A stretch of DNA of 64,000 nucleotides from Chlorokybus atmophyticus (taxonomy: Eukaryota; Plantae; Mesostigma and Chlorokybus algae): the NCBI GenBank assembly GCA_009103225.1, contig RHPI01001311.1, forward strand, positions 1 through 64,000. The letters are read 5' to 3'. The notes beneath the pieces are model-generated. The model was given only the letters and a program-made list of their open reading frames with translations. It was not told the DNA's origin and did no database searches. A program made the position numbers and the translations under genes. Each line of letters starts with the position of its first letter. The stretch's first letter is position 1. Below are positions 35,283 to 49,100 of the stretch, in pieces.

Positions 35283-37328
35283 NTGTGCATATGCTGTACC
35301 AGACCCCCTCTGTCTCCATCGCCGAACATGCACACATGCGAGCTGTCATGCGTGCGCATGTGCTGTGCCAGACTCTCTCTCTCTCCCTCCTTCCCCGCAC
35401 ATGCACGCACGCGAACTGTCACACGCGTGCATGTGCTGTGTCAGACTCTCTCTTTCTCTTTCTCACTACCACACATACATGCACTCATGCGAGCTGTCAC
35501 TGAGTCACTACGCGTGCGCACGCGTGACACGTGCGCACGTGTTGTGCCAGTCTCGCTTTCTGTCTCGCGCTACCATACACGCACTCATGCGAGCTTTCGC
35601 TCATGTGTACATGCTATTAGACGCTGCTTTTTAATGTGCATGCACGTGCACTCACGCGCTCAGTCGTGCAGGTACAATACTGCTGCCAGCTGTCATTACT
35701 GGAAAGCTTCAACCGAGGCAGCGCGACACGCTGACAAAATTCTGCGATGCGCTAGCATGCATTAGCGCACCATGGATACCCAAGAGCCAAGCGGCACTGG
35801 ATGGCATGGAACTGGACTTGTTGGAAGCGTTGTGCTTACTTGAACGAGACTTCCCTAGATCTGTCTTTACTATTTCTACTCATCTTGTGCTGCACTCAAC
35901 GCAGCAGCTACGCCGTTGCGGACCTGTACGGGGTACATGGATGTTTGGGGCTGAACGCCGTATGCAACACATCCGCAAGCAGGCCACGAGTCGCAAGGCT
36001 CCAGAAGCAAGCATTGTTGTGTCGCAAGAGCTGGAGGAGATTAATATGTGTGGCTCAAAGGCGTTGAGGTTGGTCTGGCCCTTTGCTGGCGTTACTCTTG
36101 TTGATCCTTTGCACGACACTCCGGAGTTGTTGGGTGCGCCAAGCCGACGCAATCTAACAGAGCAGGAAGTTGGTATGATTAACCTATACGTCAAGAACAA
36201 CAACAAGGACGTTGAGACGCTTCATGAGTAAGTACACAACCCACTCATCCAGTGCATTGCACAATGTTGTGTTTGGTGGTTACTGGCTGAATATTGCTTG
36301 GCCGTGTGCAGTATGCTAGACTCTGTTAACGAGGACAGGGAACACAAGAGGCGCAAGTTGCGGCGTACTCACGGCAAAGCTAAGCGCACCCCTCCGGAGT
36401 TGCAACATCTCGACCCAGATACATTCCTTATGCAGTATCCGGAAGATGTTCAAGGCTTTGATCGCACATCATGTGCATTATTCATTGGCTGCCCTGCTAG
36501 CTGTCAAGCGTACACCCACATGAACTACCAGGGCAAGCACTACCGCATCGCGCGCTTCGATCGTGGCAAATTAACCTTTGATTGCGGCGTGGAAGCGGGC
36601 TTTCGCAGTGAGTTCCGGGGCCACAAAGGAGATCGACATGCCGAGTGGGCGACGCTACCCTATTGGGGCCTGGTGCTGGAGATTCTTGCTATCCCCTTTA
36701 TCGGAACTGAGGTAAGCTATCACCGTGCTAGGCTATGTTGCTCACATGTCGTCACAATAGTCAACATATGAGAAACCAACTTTGATACATGACGTGTTGC
36801 ACACGCGCACGTGTGTGTACGCGTGCGCGTGCTGATGTGCTGTTGTTGTAGCTGGTATTGTGCAGGGTAAAGTGGTTCAAGAAGCCGTTTGAGAACGGTG
36901 TTCAAGCTACAACAGACACGGGGCGGTTTTGGGTCGAAAGGCAGAAATTTTTTAGGCAAGATGATGAGCCGTATATTGAGGCCAATCGCATCGTCGGCCA
37001 GGTGTTCTTCGTTCCCCTGGGTGTTAAGCATCCGGACACGCTCATGGTCCTTGAAAAAGAAGTTGCAAACCGAGCTTCATTTGTGAAGTCGGTGCGCGTG
37101 GAGATTGCAGACCCTGATCCTCCTCCCTCTCCGAGACGTGAAGTTATGACGCGAGGTGTGCGTGAAGCTACCTTACGCGAGGCTCGCAAGCAATACAGTA
37201 TCGGAGCTGGTGCAGACACAGCACTTGCCGGCGTTGAGGAAGAGCGGCTAAGCGATTCAGGTGTGTTTGCCGCTGCAAGCTTGCTTGCTTCTTACATGAG
37301 CTCGCAACGAAAAGCTGCCAACAAATGA
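32480..37328 (+). CDS. En/Spm (CACTA, TNP2/Transposase_21-like) transposase, multi-exon, apparently well preserved
   Basis: N-terminal VYCACNICQG..RHFQKYG; DPRHLRLGFTTDGVNPF; WPLTVFCYNLPPW; IPG; YLLPLVQELLVLW; HDYPG; ACVIC; DHMH; KTHDLH; LERDFPRSVFTISTHLVLH..GPVRGTWMFGAER (DUF4218-like); KWFKK..EPYIEANRIVGQVFFV (DUF4216-like). Confidence 0.92.
35229..35280. repeat. (CT)n microsatellite inside a transposase intron
   Basis: About 26 CT units; N at 35283. Confidence 0.95.
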
Positions 37329-38754
37329 CTAATTCGATATGTGCAGACCTGGAGGAGGCACCCAGTGATATAGGTGAGTGCAATATTAATGCTGAGCATT
37401 TGCATGTACAGTGACGTCATGTCAACAACTGCCAAGGCATAGCGCACGCTAACATGCAATTGTTGCAGAGCTACAGGAGGACGATGAGTGGGTGACGCGA
37501 CATGAGTGGGTGACGCGACATCCAGCGCAGTGAGAGCACCGTTTTTTTCATTCCATGCATGCGTGTGCAGAGGTTCCAGCCAGTAGCCGCAGGCCAGCAT
37601 GTTGGGTCCGCTTTATTGCATGGCTTCTCTCAGCCCCTAACGCCCCCTCCGCCATCCAGCGGTCTGCACTGTGCTGCATGATTCAGCCTCCTACCTTCCA
37701 CCCTCCAGCTCTCACCGCCCCTCCAGTTCCTGCCCTGCTGCGCCGCTCCCCACGACGCGCAGCACCCAAGCTCTTGCATGCCCTCCGCCCCAGCCCCTGC
37801 AGCCCTCACGTTTTATGCCCAGCCCCTTCCGCCCTCAAAGCCCCAGCCCTCACCGTCCCTGCAGCTCTGGACAGGCCCGGCATCGCAATCTTTGTCGGCT
37901 CCGAGCTTAGGCTAAGCATGTTCTGGTAGTCTAGAGAGCGTTGGTGCTGCTAGCCTTGGACTGTGCATCGATGCGACATTCTTTAACCAAAGTAGCTTGT
38001 TGCACACTCAGTTGCATCTGCGGAAGTGGTAGGCATACAACCAGTGCGTTGCATTCCATGTTGCTATAGCCAAGCACACGGCACCGCGCTACTTGAGGGC
38101 CTAAAGTACAACCATTGCAACTGATAGTCAGCCAGTGATTATCACCATGTGTAAGGTGTGTGCGCATTGGGACGCATGTGTCTTGATTTCAAGATGCAAC
38201 TTACTTTCAGCTGTACGTGCAGCTGAATTTCAGCTGCAGAGTCTTACAGTCACACTCACACCTCATGAAGCATTGTTGCATTGAGGTTATGTAAGATGCA
38301 AGCGTGTGATGTTAAGAAGTTGTTTAAGATGTAAACAACTTACACTACATGCATGCTGCTAGTTCAGACGTTTCCAACTGAACATTAGATGACAATCACT
38401 GCACATAAGACGTCTTAAAAGGGCTAATATTTTGTAGTGTGTGTGTGTGTGTGAAGGATTGATACACAGCCATATACTATGGGCGATCTGCCCCTTATGG
38501 TGTTGGCGATGCAGCAAGGTGCAGACACCTGTCGTATGGAGCATAATTTGCATTTGTCTTTTCGTACATATGTGTATGTGACTGTGTGCGCATAATAGTA
38601 ATCGTATTTTCGTCATAAATATATGTATGATTCAACTGGTCGCAAGCAGTTGCAAGCCGTGCAAAGGCAGCACTTGGTTGCCCTTTTCTGCATGCGTCAT
38701 CTGCACGCAGAGTTGTAGCTGTATGCTTGCTCTTACTTACTTGTGCGCACGCAG

Positions 38755-38927
38755 CTGAGAGTTATGGCAACTATCAACTCCGTGGAGGACTCCCTGTGCA
38801 AGGCCACCCCCGTACGAACAGATTTCAGCTCTGACGCCCAATTTGCGGCAGCCCACGATGGGTTCCTCAGAGCGGTCGACGCAAACGTGAATATGTGGGA
38901 CAAAATGCTCAACTTCTTGCAAAAGGT

Positions 38928-38975
<48 letters not shown>

Positions 38976-39187
38976 CGCGTGTGTCCTTGTGTATCAACCC
39001 CCAGTCAGAATTACTTGAGGGCACTGTAGACTGCGCATGCTGCACCTGTATGCCAACAAGCGTAATACTTGCCTTGCCTGGTCAGGTCGCGGCGGGCAAT
39101 GTACAGTTGCTGCAGGCAGTTGCGGCAGGCGTGTCGATTGTCTTGCAGGTTGTTCAGCTAATAGCGGAGATACGGCGCCTGGTCTGA
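38755..39187 (+). CDS. Small helical protein family member 1 (exons 38755-38925 and 39086-39187; 5' exon not located)
   Basis: 171-nt exon LRVMATINSVEDSLCKATPVRTDFSSDAQFAAAHDGFLRAVDANVNMWDKMLNFLQK, then an in-frame hydrophobic terminal exon. Confidence 0.55.
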
Positions 39188-40646
39188 GACCAACCCCGTT
39201 GCAATGATGTTGTTGGCTCTGCAGCACATCACATGGGGCTCAGTACCAGAGGCAATAGCTAAACGCGAATGTTCTGTACATGTTTGTACATAGATACAAG
39301 TTTGCAGGTCAGCGGTTGTGCGATGAAGAAGTTGCTGTCACAGCAGAGTAAAAACTTTTGTTGCCGATGCACTGGCACATACAGCTACAGCGAAAGCCAT
39401 TAGGGGTACTGGTTTACAAGTGCAAAAACTTTGTTGTGCCGAATGACGAGGGCATGCATTTGGTTGTTGCATTGAGATGCGCTTCGAGTTGCGCTGGCTG
39501 TTGCATGCAGTGTTATGTTTACAAGTTGATTGCCTGGGCAAAAGCACGTACGCACATCAAATGCATCAACACACTGCCAGAACAATACACCCAAAAGTCA
39601 GCGGGTGGTGGGCACATGTCTTATATCTCAGATTGTGAGTTACAACAGCAAGGCAATTGCAGTGACATGCAGCAAAGCATGACGCATAAACCAAATTGCC
39701 CGGCAAGTCTTTGCTTTGCTAGATGCGGCACAAGACATGTGCAGGATCTGGAATTTGTGACGTTTGTTGTGTACAGCATGCGCTTCCGTAGCGGGTGAAC
39801 ACGGGGTTGAGTGCATGGGCTCTATGGTTGTGGTTGCTAAGGCTATGCTACAAGTTTACCTTGGATGCAAGTAAGTGTGCGGGGTTGCACACCATAGCGT
39901 AGCATAACACAGCCGTGCCGCAGGTGACTGCGCATGTATGCATGCTTGCATGGCTAACGGGGTGTTAGCAATAGTAGGTGGTGAGTTAGGCTAGGTAGAG
40001 TAGCCCGGTGGTGAACTATGTGGCAGTATTGAATGTTGGTGGTATTGTGGGACGGTGATTATCACTATGCATGAGCATATCCCTCGCGCATTGTATGTAC
40101 ACGTCATTGCGAGTAACACCTACATGCATGCATGTATAACGGGGTTGGGTTGGCAATAAAGGTAGGTAAGTAGTAAGTAGGTGAACAGCCCGGTGGTATA
40201 AATGAGCACTTGGTGGTGTGGTGAGTTGCTTGTGTTGCACGTGTTGCATGTCTCATACTCTCATGCATGTCACAATTTGATGCATCGCATATATCATGTA
40301 CCAGGGGCTTGAGCCAGCCCGCATGCATGAGCATAGCATCAGCATGTGCACTCTTTGGTGTTATTTTGTGCAAAGATGTACTTACGCAACACTGAGATGA
40401 TGCTCACTGGTGACTGAGACTCTGCATGTTTGATGACGCAATTACGGCTTCGTGCATTACACATGCTGAGCTTGTTCAGCACAATATACACACTGGTTTG
40501 AGCAGCATGCTGCTTTACAGCGACATGATGCTTGACAATTGGCAGCTATCGCTGACAGTCATGCTTTGCCAGCCTGGGCTAGAGCCAGTTGATAAGTATC
40601 TACACCTGCGTACCATACACCGCATTGCACATAATCTACACATCAC

Positions 40647-40889
40647 TTACAGCATTGTAACAGGCTCAACGCCAAACAGCTGCTGCACTTTGGTTCTGAT
40701 CCATTGGCACAGGTCAGTCACTCGTTCCTTCAAACGTTTAAATCCCTTGTGCAGCAGGTCCACGAGCTTGGACAACACCTGCTCAGAGGCAGAGAGGTTA
40801 AGGGTGGCCACACACACAAGCGCTTGCATCTGTAACTGCTGACAACTGGCCCCTCACGCTCTCACACACGGGCGCACGTGCGCGCGCGC

Positions 40890-40987
<98 letters not shown>

Positions 40988-40988
40988 N

Positions 40989-41086
<98 letters not shown>

Positions 41087-41952
41087 CAGAGAGAGAGACA
41101 GAGACAGAGAGAGAGAGAGAGAGATCACCTCTTTTATGAACAGTAGATTCCGTTCATAGTATGAGTGATGATGATCTACAACCATCAGGTATAATTGCTG
41201 CGCACGCTCAAACTGGGCCGTCGTTTCGAATTGCTCCCGTCTGGGACAGACTTTGCAAAGGCTGGCTGCCGCAGCATCAAGAGCTTCCGACATGTCCATC
41301 TGAGCACACGCACAAACAAAAGAAGAAGCAGTAAGTCAACATGACTGCAGAGACACACACATGCACCATGTACAGCACGACCCTCGGTCAGCTGTCAGTC
41401 AGGACACCGCGCACGGTGCTTGTCAAGGCACTGCTCCTTTTCATTTTCTGACTTTCACATTGTAAGCTACATCAGGTAAGTGCGGGCCTGTGAGTAAGAA
41501 TAGGGCTCGCCCTTCCGTCATATACAAGCCTAGGCCTTGAGGACAGATGTAAGGACAACGACCATTTGTTCTAATGGAAGCACGATGTGTTGGCCAAGAT
41601 CTGATCGCTGAAGCATAGGTGTTCAATGTCGCTGCATGCATGTCTTGTGCAAACTGTGCCTTACCTTTAGCCGGTGGAACTTGGCGTGCACCATCTCAAC
41701 CGTCTCCTTGTGCCTGCCAGTTTCCAGCTCCCTCGAGCACTCTTCCGCAATTTGGTTGAAGTCCTCTCTATGGCTGGGCAAGGGTTGGAGTAGAGGGCTG
41801 AGCTCCCAGACGTCGCGCTGCATGATGGCTGCAAAGCCGCCCACCGTAAAGTAGCAAGCCCAGCAAGCTCCAACCCAAGCTGCGCAGGTCGCCTGCCACT
41901 TCTCCAAAGCACCCGCCAGCAGGGTGTTCTCCGCCGACCGCCCTCGCTGCAA
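40647..41952 (-). CDS. Small helical protein family member 2 (exons ~41952-41665, 41299-41129, 40835-40647)
   Basis: Three exons join in phase 0 with GT-AG sites. The 171-nt middle exon is MDMSEALDAAAASLCKVCPRREQFETTAQFERAQQLYLMVVDHHHSYYERNLLFIKE. Confidence 0.6.
40892..41124. repeat. (GA)n microsatellite in an intron
   Basis: Long GA run with N at 40988. Confidence 0.98.
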
Positions 41953-42372
41953 TGCCGCAGACGACGACGACCAGGTGGACGGCAGTCGTCAGGAGTCCGC
42001 GACGAAGATGATGCCTACACCATTCGCTGCCAGGCCTCGGCCATTGGCACGTGCCGTGCCGCTGAAAGGCCTGACCATCAAGGCAATGCATTGATTGACG
42101 CGTCCTGCTTGATACACGTCATAGAAACAGCACATCGCGGCCTCCGCGATCCGCGATAGAAAGACGAGAAAGAAGATATCAAAAGCGCGAGACTACATCG
42201 GCATCGCTGCGCTGCCAATTGCGCATTGCGTGCACGAAGTAGTTTCAACACCTTCTCTCCTGGCGTGCGCACAGGTTGCCGCGTGGCTTTCGCGGCGGAG
42301 AGTTCGGCGGCGGACGAGGGTTAGTGGCAAGCTGGATGCGGGCAAGCTCCTACAGGTCAGTCAGTCAGTCAG

Positions 42373-42404
<32 letters not shown>

Positions 42405-42712
42405 TCTCAGATGTCTGTAGGTCGCCAGCTGGTGATCAAACACACGCACATCACTACCACCAGCGACACTGTCCCTGCCAGTGGCGCTGCGTGAGCGCGT
42501 AAGGGTTTGTGTGTGCGTCGGTATGTAAAGCTGCACCCTAGGTTAAGGTTGACTGCACGCATGATACACACCCATGTGCGGAGCAGTTGTGTTCTCCACC
42601 ACCCTTGCAGCGCGATGCTGTTGTGATGCCGTGTCTACAGCAACCTCACCCGCATGTGATGTGCATATGCAGTTCAAGCGCTTGGGATCTCTGACAAAGC
42701 AACCCACCAACG

Positions 42713-43755
42713 ATGGCGCATCGGCGCGGCGGAGGGGGAGGCTTCAGTGTTAATGCGCAGGCGGCAGTTGCTCCACGCGGAAGCGCAACAGTGACAATGA
42801 CACAGCAGCGTCTGCGGTCGCAGGACGGCTCCAGATCCACAGCTTCGACCAGGGGCGAGTACGCCCTCACGCTGGTGCTGGTTTCGGCGCAGGAGCGCCT
42901 GCGTACGGCCCAGCAGGAGTTGAATCAGGTGAATGGCGAGGTCGCCGGCGGCAATAGGCGGAGTGTCACTGTACAGAACGCGCAGCTCCGCCTGCGTACA
43001 ATGATGGTGGGTCACATTTGTTCCAACACTCATCGTACAGACTGGTCAAGTCCCGTCTTGCACTGTTGACACCCCATCATAGGCTCAAAACTCACATCAG
43101 CGTCGGCCTGACGTCGTGCACCACGGCATGCCTGCATCCTATACATGTACACCTTCGTCCACCGACGCATGCATGCGTAGATCACCCCCTGCGCTGCCGT
43201 CCCGACAGTAACACCCGCATTCACACGGATGGCACCCTGTTGTTGCAGGCGCGTGCGCGGAGTGAGGTGGAATCGTTGTTAGAAACGGCAGAGAGGATGT
43301 TGCCGAGGCGGGAGAACTTTCGCAGCGACGCAGACTTTGCGGCGGCCAATGCAGCCTGCGTGCAGATGGTGGAGCAGCTGCTGGTTGCCTGGGACACCTT
43401 GTTGAGCGACATGGTCCGTCTGACGGAGGTCACTGTGAGCGTCCTCCACAGGATGTACGCTGCAATTCAAGCGACCCCTTACACCGTGGACCGCCATGGC
43501 CACCAGCATTTCTACTTTGACAGCTTGCCCTACCTACGGGAGATTCAAGGAGCACCCGTGCACAGTCCTGGTTCGGTGCCTTTCCAGAGGCCTAGCTCCC
43601 ACCTCCCGCCTTCCCCACCCAACTTGATCTACGGGAGCAGTACCCTTCACCTCCTCGTGGTCAACAGGAGCAGCATGCACAACTACCATCTGCTGCGCAG
43701 AGCGACAAGAGCTGTACAGCTGCATCCACATCTGCTCTTGGCGCGATACTGCTGA
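42713..43755 (+). CDS. Small helical protein family member 3 (exons 42713-43006 and 43249-43755)
   Basis: A phase-0 intron joins a coiled-coil exon to ARARSEVESLLETAERMLPRRENFRSDADFAAANAACVQMVEQLLVAWDTLL. Confidence 0.6.
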
Positions 43756-46151
43756 TTGTGAACATAATGTTTATGAGCTGCATGAGTAGGTTGGCGTCAA
43801 TGTTTCATCATTGTCTAGGTCCGACTTGTTGAGGAATCAAGTTGGTGCACTGCCTATTTGACAATGAACGACACTCGCTACGAAGTTGTAGCGGAGGCAT
43901 AGTGTTACACCATGTGAGGCATTGCGATATTGATGCATGCAATTGTACTCCGCGCCTGCCTGCATGCTAGCTGCAATTGAGCATCTCATGCCACATGCTA
44001 TCGCAACAAGAGATAAGGAATGCGTCACGACATGCTTCATTCAGTTAATAGACATATTAGCGAAATGGACTCTTCGCGTCCATTTACTTGTGTGGTTCCG
44101 GAAGTAAAGTGTTACGCACTGTGTTGTGCGAGGTATTCGTAATGCATGTCTGAAGTAAGTATACACGGCACTGCTTGAATGGCACATGCGAAAAAGAAGC
44201 CAACAAGGCAACTTGAACCGTAAGCATCTTATACTACCACTCAAAGACATAGAGACAAGCAAATATGAGATGCTTGCTTGGTGGCACCCCCACCCCACCC
44301 CACCCCACCCGCACCCACACCATACTACCACTCAAAGACATAGAGACAAGCGCATCAGAGGTGGGAGTGGTGCAGATATGGCGAGCGTACTCTGGGTTTA
44401 ACTTCGTGTGCGACGGCAGAACGCGCTGTACAAATCTCTCGTGTGAGCAGTTTCAATGGGACGCCGGTTCTTAAGATATGCTTCAACGGAAAGCTCTTCC
44501 CCCCATCCCCACTCCCCACCCCCCCCACACACAAATATTGTACGTAAGACCCAAGAGTACCATTCGCTCAGCATCAGAAGCCATGCCATGGCTACTACTT
44601 GCCATTATCATAATAGCAAGTAGTGGCAAGGCCCATGATGGAGCCTATAGAGCTACACGTGCTGAAAGCTTGGGAGCACAAAGTTGTAAAGCAACGCAAG
44701 ACGGAGTGCAGCTAGCAAGAAACTCAACTTTGATTAAGAAAACTGTTAAGACGCACATTTCGCTCGTTATACTTAAATGTAACGATATCTTGTTGCAATC
44801 AATCACGCCATAGCTTGTGAACAGTCAACAACAGCCTCATCACCGTATTAAGCATGCAGCAGCAACAATGGTCGCACTACGTATACGTTGCGCGTGTAAG
44901 TGAGGGTTGTGAGCGGCGTGTCTGCTTCGCCATCCCTTCTTTTTGGCGGCCTGCTACATGGCTGCCTGTGAAGACGCAGCACCAACACAACAATCCCCGC
45001 GGAGGGGTGACCGACTCGGCGCCAGCCGAAGGTGGACGTGCGACTGATTCGCGCAAGGGAGGTCCGGTTTTGATTCTCGCTTCAGGCATTCGCGGGCGTG
45101 ATATACAAGTGGAAGTGCAAGCACCAATGCGCATGACCTCCGCCATGCAAATTCGCGCAAGTACAGTAGTAAGCTGCGATACTGGCAGCTGTAATGCGTT
45201 ACGCTAACGGTTGTACTGCTACTGGCGCATGTGTGTTTCTTTTCTGTTTCTTTTCTGCATGCAACAGTGGGCATAGCTCTGATCGCTCGCCTTATGGCTT
45301 ATTACTAGTTGTAAGTTACAACTTGTAACTTGTGTAAGCACCTGATGTACATACAGCAGACCCCATCATAGGCAGTGGCACATGGGACTTACCAGGGGTA
45401 CTCATGTTGTGTACTACAAAGCATATCTGACACTCCATTACAGCATGACAGTGTGCGGTCATGTATTAACGACCGTGCCTACCAACACCCCACAACCACT
45501 GCACCACTGACACGGCAGCCTGGCTATCTACGCTGCAGCAGCCATCACCGTGTCTGCTTCCGCAGTCGTCGGGGTCGCCTGCAAGGGCCGTTGGCTTGGC
45601 ACTGCTGCCACGACCGCCGCTCTTTGCTCCAGCTTTGCCAGACCCTGGGCACGCTGCAGCGCGCAAGCCACCGGTTGCCTGAACAGCGCCAGGAAGCCCT
45701 GGAGCCTGCGCCTTGAAAGGTCACGCGCTGCCAGAGCCTTGTGAGCGCAGAGGTCCAGTACGTCGTGGAACGCCTGACCAAGCGTCCTATGCACATATTC
45801 TACTTAATGCATATGTGTGCACTGCGTATATGCATGCAACATGAATGAGGTAAATGCTGGCGCATGGCTGAAGAGAAACATCGCTCTTGTGGGTTATGCC
45901 ATGCACACTATGCAAACCCATTAACCAGCACTCACTAGTAAGTAAGCTCTCTCAGCGCAAGATGTGTACAAAAGCTTTGTGCAACACAAGGTACCAGCAA
46001 CATGACAGTTTTGCACATGCACGGCCTTTGCCTATGCCTAAGCCCATACCAGCCATTCCACTCTGAAACCACACCTTGCACTGGGACGCCCTGCACACAA
46101 TCCGTATCACCTTTTGGGTTTGGAGGCAGGCTGGGTGCAAGCTGGGTGCAG

Positions 46152-49100
46152 TCACTTTAGTGTTTGCCCCGTTAACTCCCGCAACCTAGTGCTCAGCAGC
46201 CTCCAGATGCCTTCAAAATCTGTCGCAATAGAGCTCGCAACTGCAGACCTGTATGGGTCGACCTCCAACTTGGCCGGCTCCACCAAAGAGGTCAACAGCA
46301 CATTCTTCGTCATACCAAGATTGGCTGCATGCCTGTCTCTGATCTTTTTCAGAGAGTCTTGTTCGGCAAGCTCATGCTGATTCAGCTTGTCAATCTAAAC
46401 GATGCACACATTGTCAGAGCAATGAGCACACACACATGTATACAGACTCAACTCTGCGCAAGTTACAAACTGCAATTGACTGCACCTTGTTTACAAGGAT
46501 GACAACATCACTTGCGTGACAATTGGTAACCTTCATGAACTCTGCAAACTGTACATGGGCTTTCGGGCTCTTCTCAGCATCCTCGGGTACAATAAACAGC
46601 CACATTGTCGCTGCTTGAGAGAACGTCAGCAAGCTGCTCATTGCTAATTGTTCAGTATCGGAGCTGTCAGCCAGCCCTGGAAAATCCAGCAGCCAAAAAT
46701 CTTTGCGGACTGGATATGCAGTGATCTGCAATGCACAGCGATTCACACTGTCGTCAGGTGTTCCAACCGTAAGCAACAATAATTTCTGCGATGGGAATCA
46801 CCAACCTGCTGTGTAGTTGCATGACGACCGTGTGGACCGATAATGTCCTTGCCGGGCTCAAGACGGTTAGCAAGCATCTGCACTAGTGTAGACTTGCCGG
46901 CGTTCTTGAGGCCGCAAACAGCCAAGTAGGCAGTACGACCAATCGCGTCTTCAATGGCATGTGCTGCGGAGATAAACTGGATGTACTTGGCAATTTCAAG
47001 CCGTGTCCTTGCAACAGCACTCTCGAGTCCAGGCAATCGCAGCATCCACCTCCGAGGCCAGTGCAACTGGTTGCTCAATACTTGGACATTATGGCCGCAC
47101 TTGATACCCACCTCGTGGCCATACTTAGCGATGAAGTTGACCATTTGCACATTGTCAATCTCATCATACACCTTTACATAATGTTTCTGCACGCAAAAAG
47201 CTGCTGTCAGCTGTGTCGGGCATACAGATGGGCAACGACATAGGTGACACTGCAAATAATCTGCTTGAAGTCCAGCAATCTTGACATGCCTACACAAACT
47301 TGTGTTACAACCGTTTACCGGCGCCAAGGCGTAGCAGCACACTCTCAGAGTTGTTGTGAAAGGAGGGTACCGATCTTTATATGTGCTCGGGGTCACCAGC
47401 TTCATTACCAACAAGAAGAGATAAGCGAGTGCATATACTGGGACGACGTGAGCCCACCCCGGCACTGTCAACAGAAGCAGTCGGTTGTGCCTTTGCAACT
47501 GATCTTCCGTATGATGCGCAGCACACAGCATGCACGATATGTGTGGGATATGTTCGGGATATGTTCTGACCTGCGATGGGCGATCCCCCTTGAGAAAACG
47601 ATGTCATGATCTCCATGTCATATATCACGGGGGTGACAATCAGCGCCTTCAAGTTGGCAACGTCTTGCGACAAGTCTCGCGGTTGGTTTTGCGGCTGATG
47701 CCCTGCAATAGCTTTCAACACATCGTCAACCGCGCTCAGCGATGCTTGCCTCACGAGCCCGCTCCAATGCTGTTGCAGCGGTCCTCCTAGCACATCGTTG
47801 CTGTCCTACCATCACCGTGACAAGTACCACCGTGGTCATTGTTGATATGAAGCACTCAGTCTGTTGAAGTCAACCACGAGACTGGAAGCAACAAACGATA
47901 GGCATGATGTACCTGGCAGAAACTGAGGCGCAGAACGAGCACTTGAAGAATGCGTTCCAGCATGGGAGCAAGTCCTCCCGTATCCATGATCTTCTTCGCT
48001 GCAAGAACCCCCGACGCGCAGCCGAAGAGAGTCTCAAGTCGCACACACATACGACCAGTGCCTTGCTGGCGATCCATGTCGCTGCCACTTGCCACACCCC
48101 ACAATTTCATCAACAGTGCAAAGTCGTCCTCTTCCTTAGCCTCACACGAGAGAATGAGGCTGTGTTCTTTTGGCCATCGCGCGAGCTGCCAATCCAATAC
48201 CGACCATTCGTTCGCCAACTTAATGTTGACGAACGCGCCAAGGTTTTCCCCTTCAATCTGAAGGTCCGCCCCACGCGAGTTGGACTTTACACACAGCTGC
48301 ACTTTATCGATGCGGGGAGGCGGAGACTCCACACTGGCCTGCTGAGCCTCTGTGCCTTGATAGCTGGTTCCATGCGCAGAACACGTGCATGGCAGCATTA
48401 AGCCAAAGCCCTGAAAGGCGACCATGTACTCCTGCAAGCTGTGATCAGGAAGGTACTGAAAGTCCGGCAATATCCGCGACTCGGGATGGTGTGGTGACAG
48501 CCACCAGCACGTGCTTGTGGTGGGGTTCACATCGCTGTACTGGCACCTCCATTGGCTGCCAAAGGGTACGTACCATTTGTCCTGAGGTCCTTCTTGTTGC
48601 AGGTCTTCCATCGCGGCGTTCAATCTGGACTGCAGCCGTTGCACAACATCTTCGGTAATAGCGCTGCGGATCTCGCTCCGAAAGATAGGACGCAGCACAC
48701 CATTCAGGTCTCTCAGGAAATCTTGCGCGCGCCTCAAACGATTGCTTGCAGCACCCGTGACGGCAAACGCAAGGGCGCGGAAGCTTCGTAGCAGGTGTGG
48801 GATGGGATCCTGTCTATTCAGCAGGTTGACGAAACACTTCTGTAAGCCATGCCTTCTGACCGAGTCAGCAAACTCCTGATCCCCGACCAGAGGTGCTCCA
48901 AAGGTGATGGACAGAGCGCGATGGATGAATGCGTCTCTCCCTCCAGCAGCAGGGTTGCTTGCAGGACTCGCCTCAAGCTGTTTCAGAAACGCATCTGCCT
49001 CACATATCTCATGTGCCTCACTGTCTGTAGCCTCTCGCGGCAATCGTTGCATCTGCTGGTGTTTCTTGCTCAATGCCTCGGTCACAACCTCCATGTCATC

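Noticed and set aside
44231-44351. 30-bp direct duplication flanking a CCCCA run, plus nearby short ORFs
   Set aside because: The duplication is real but looks like local slippage; the ORFs show no recognisable domain.
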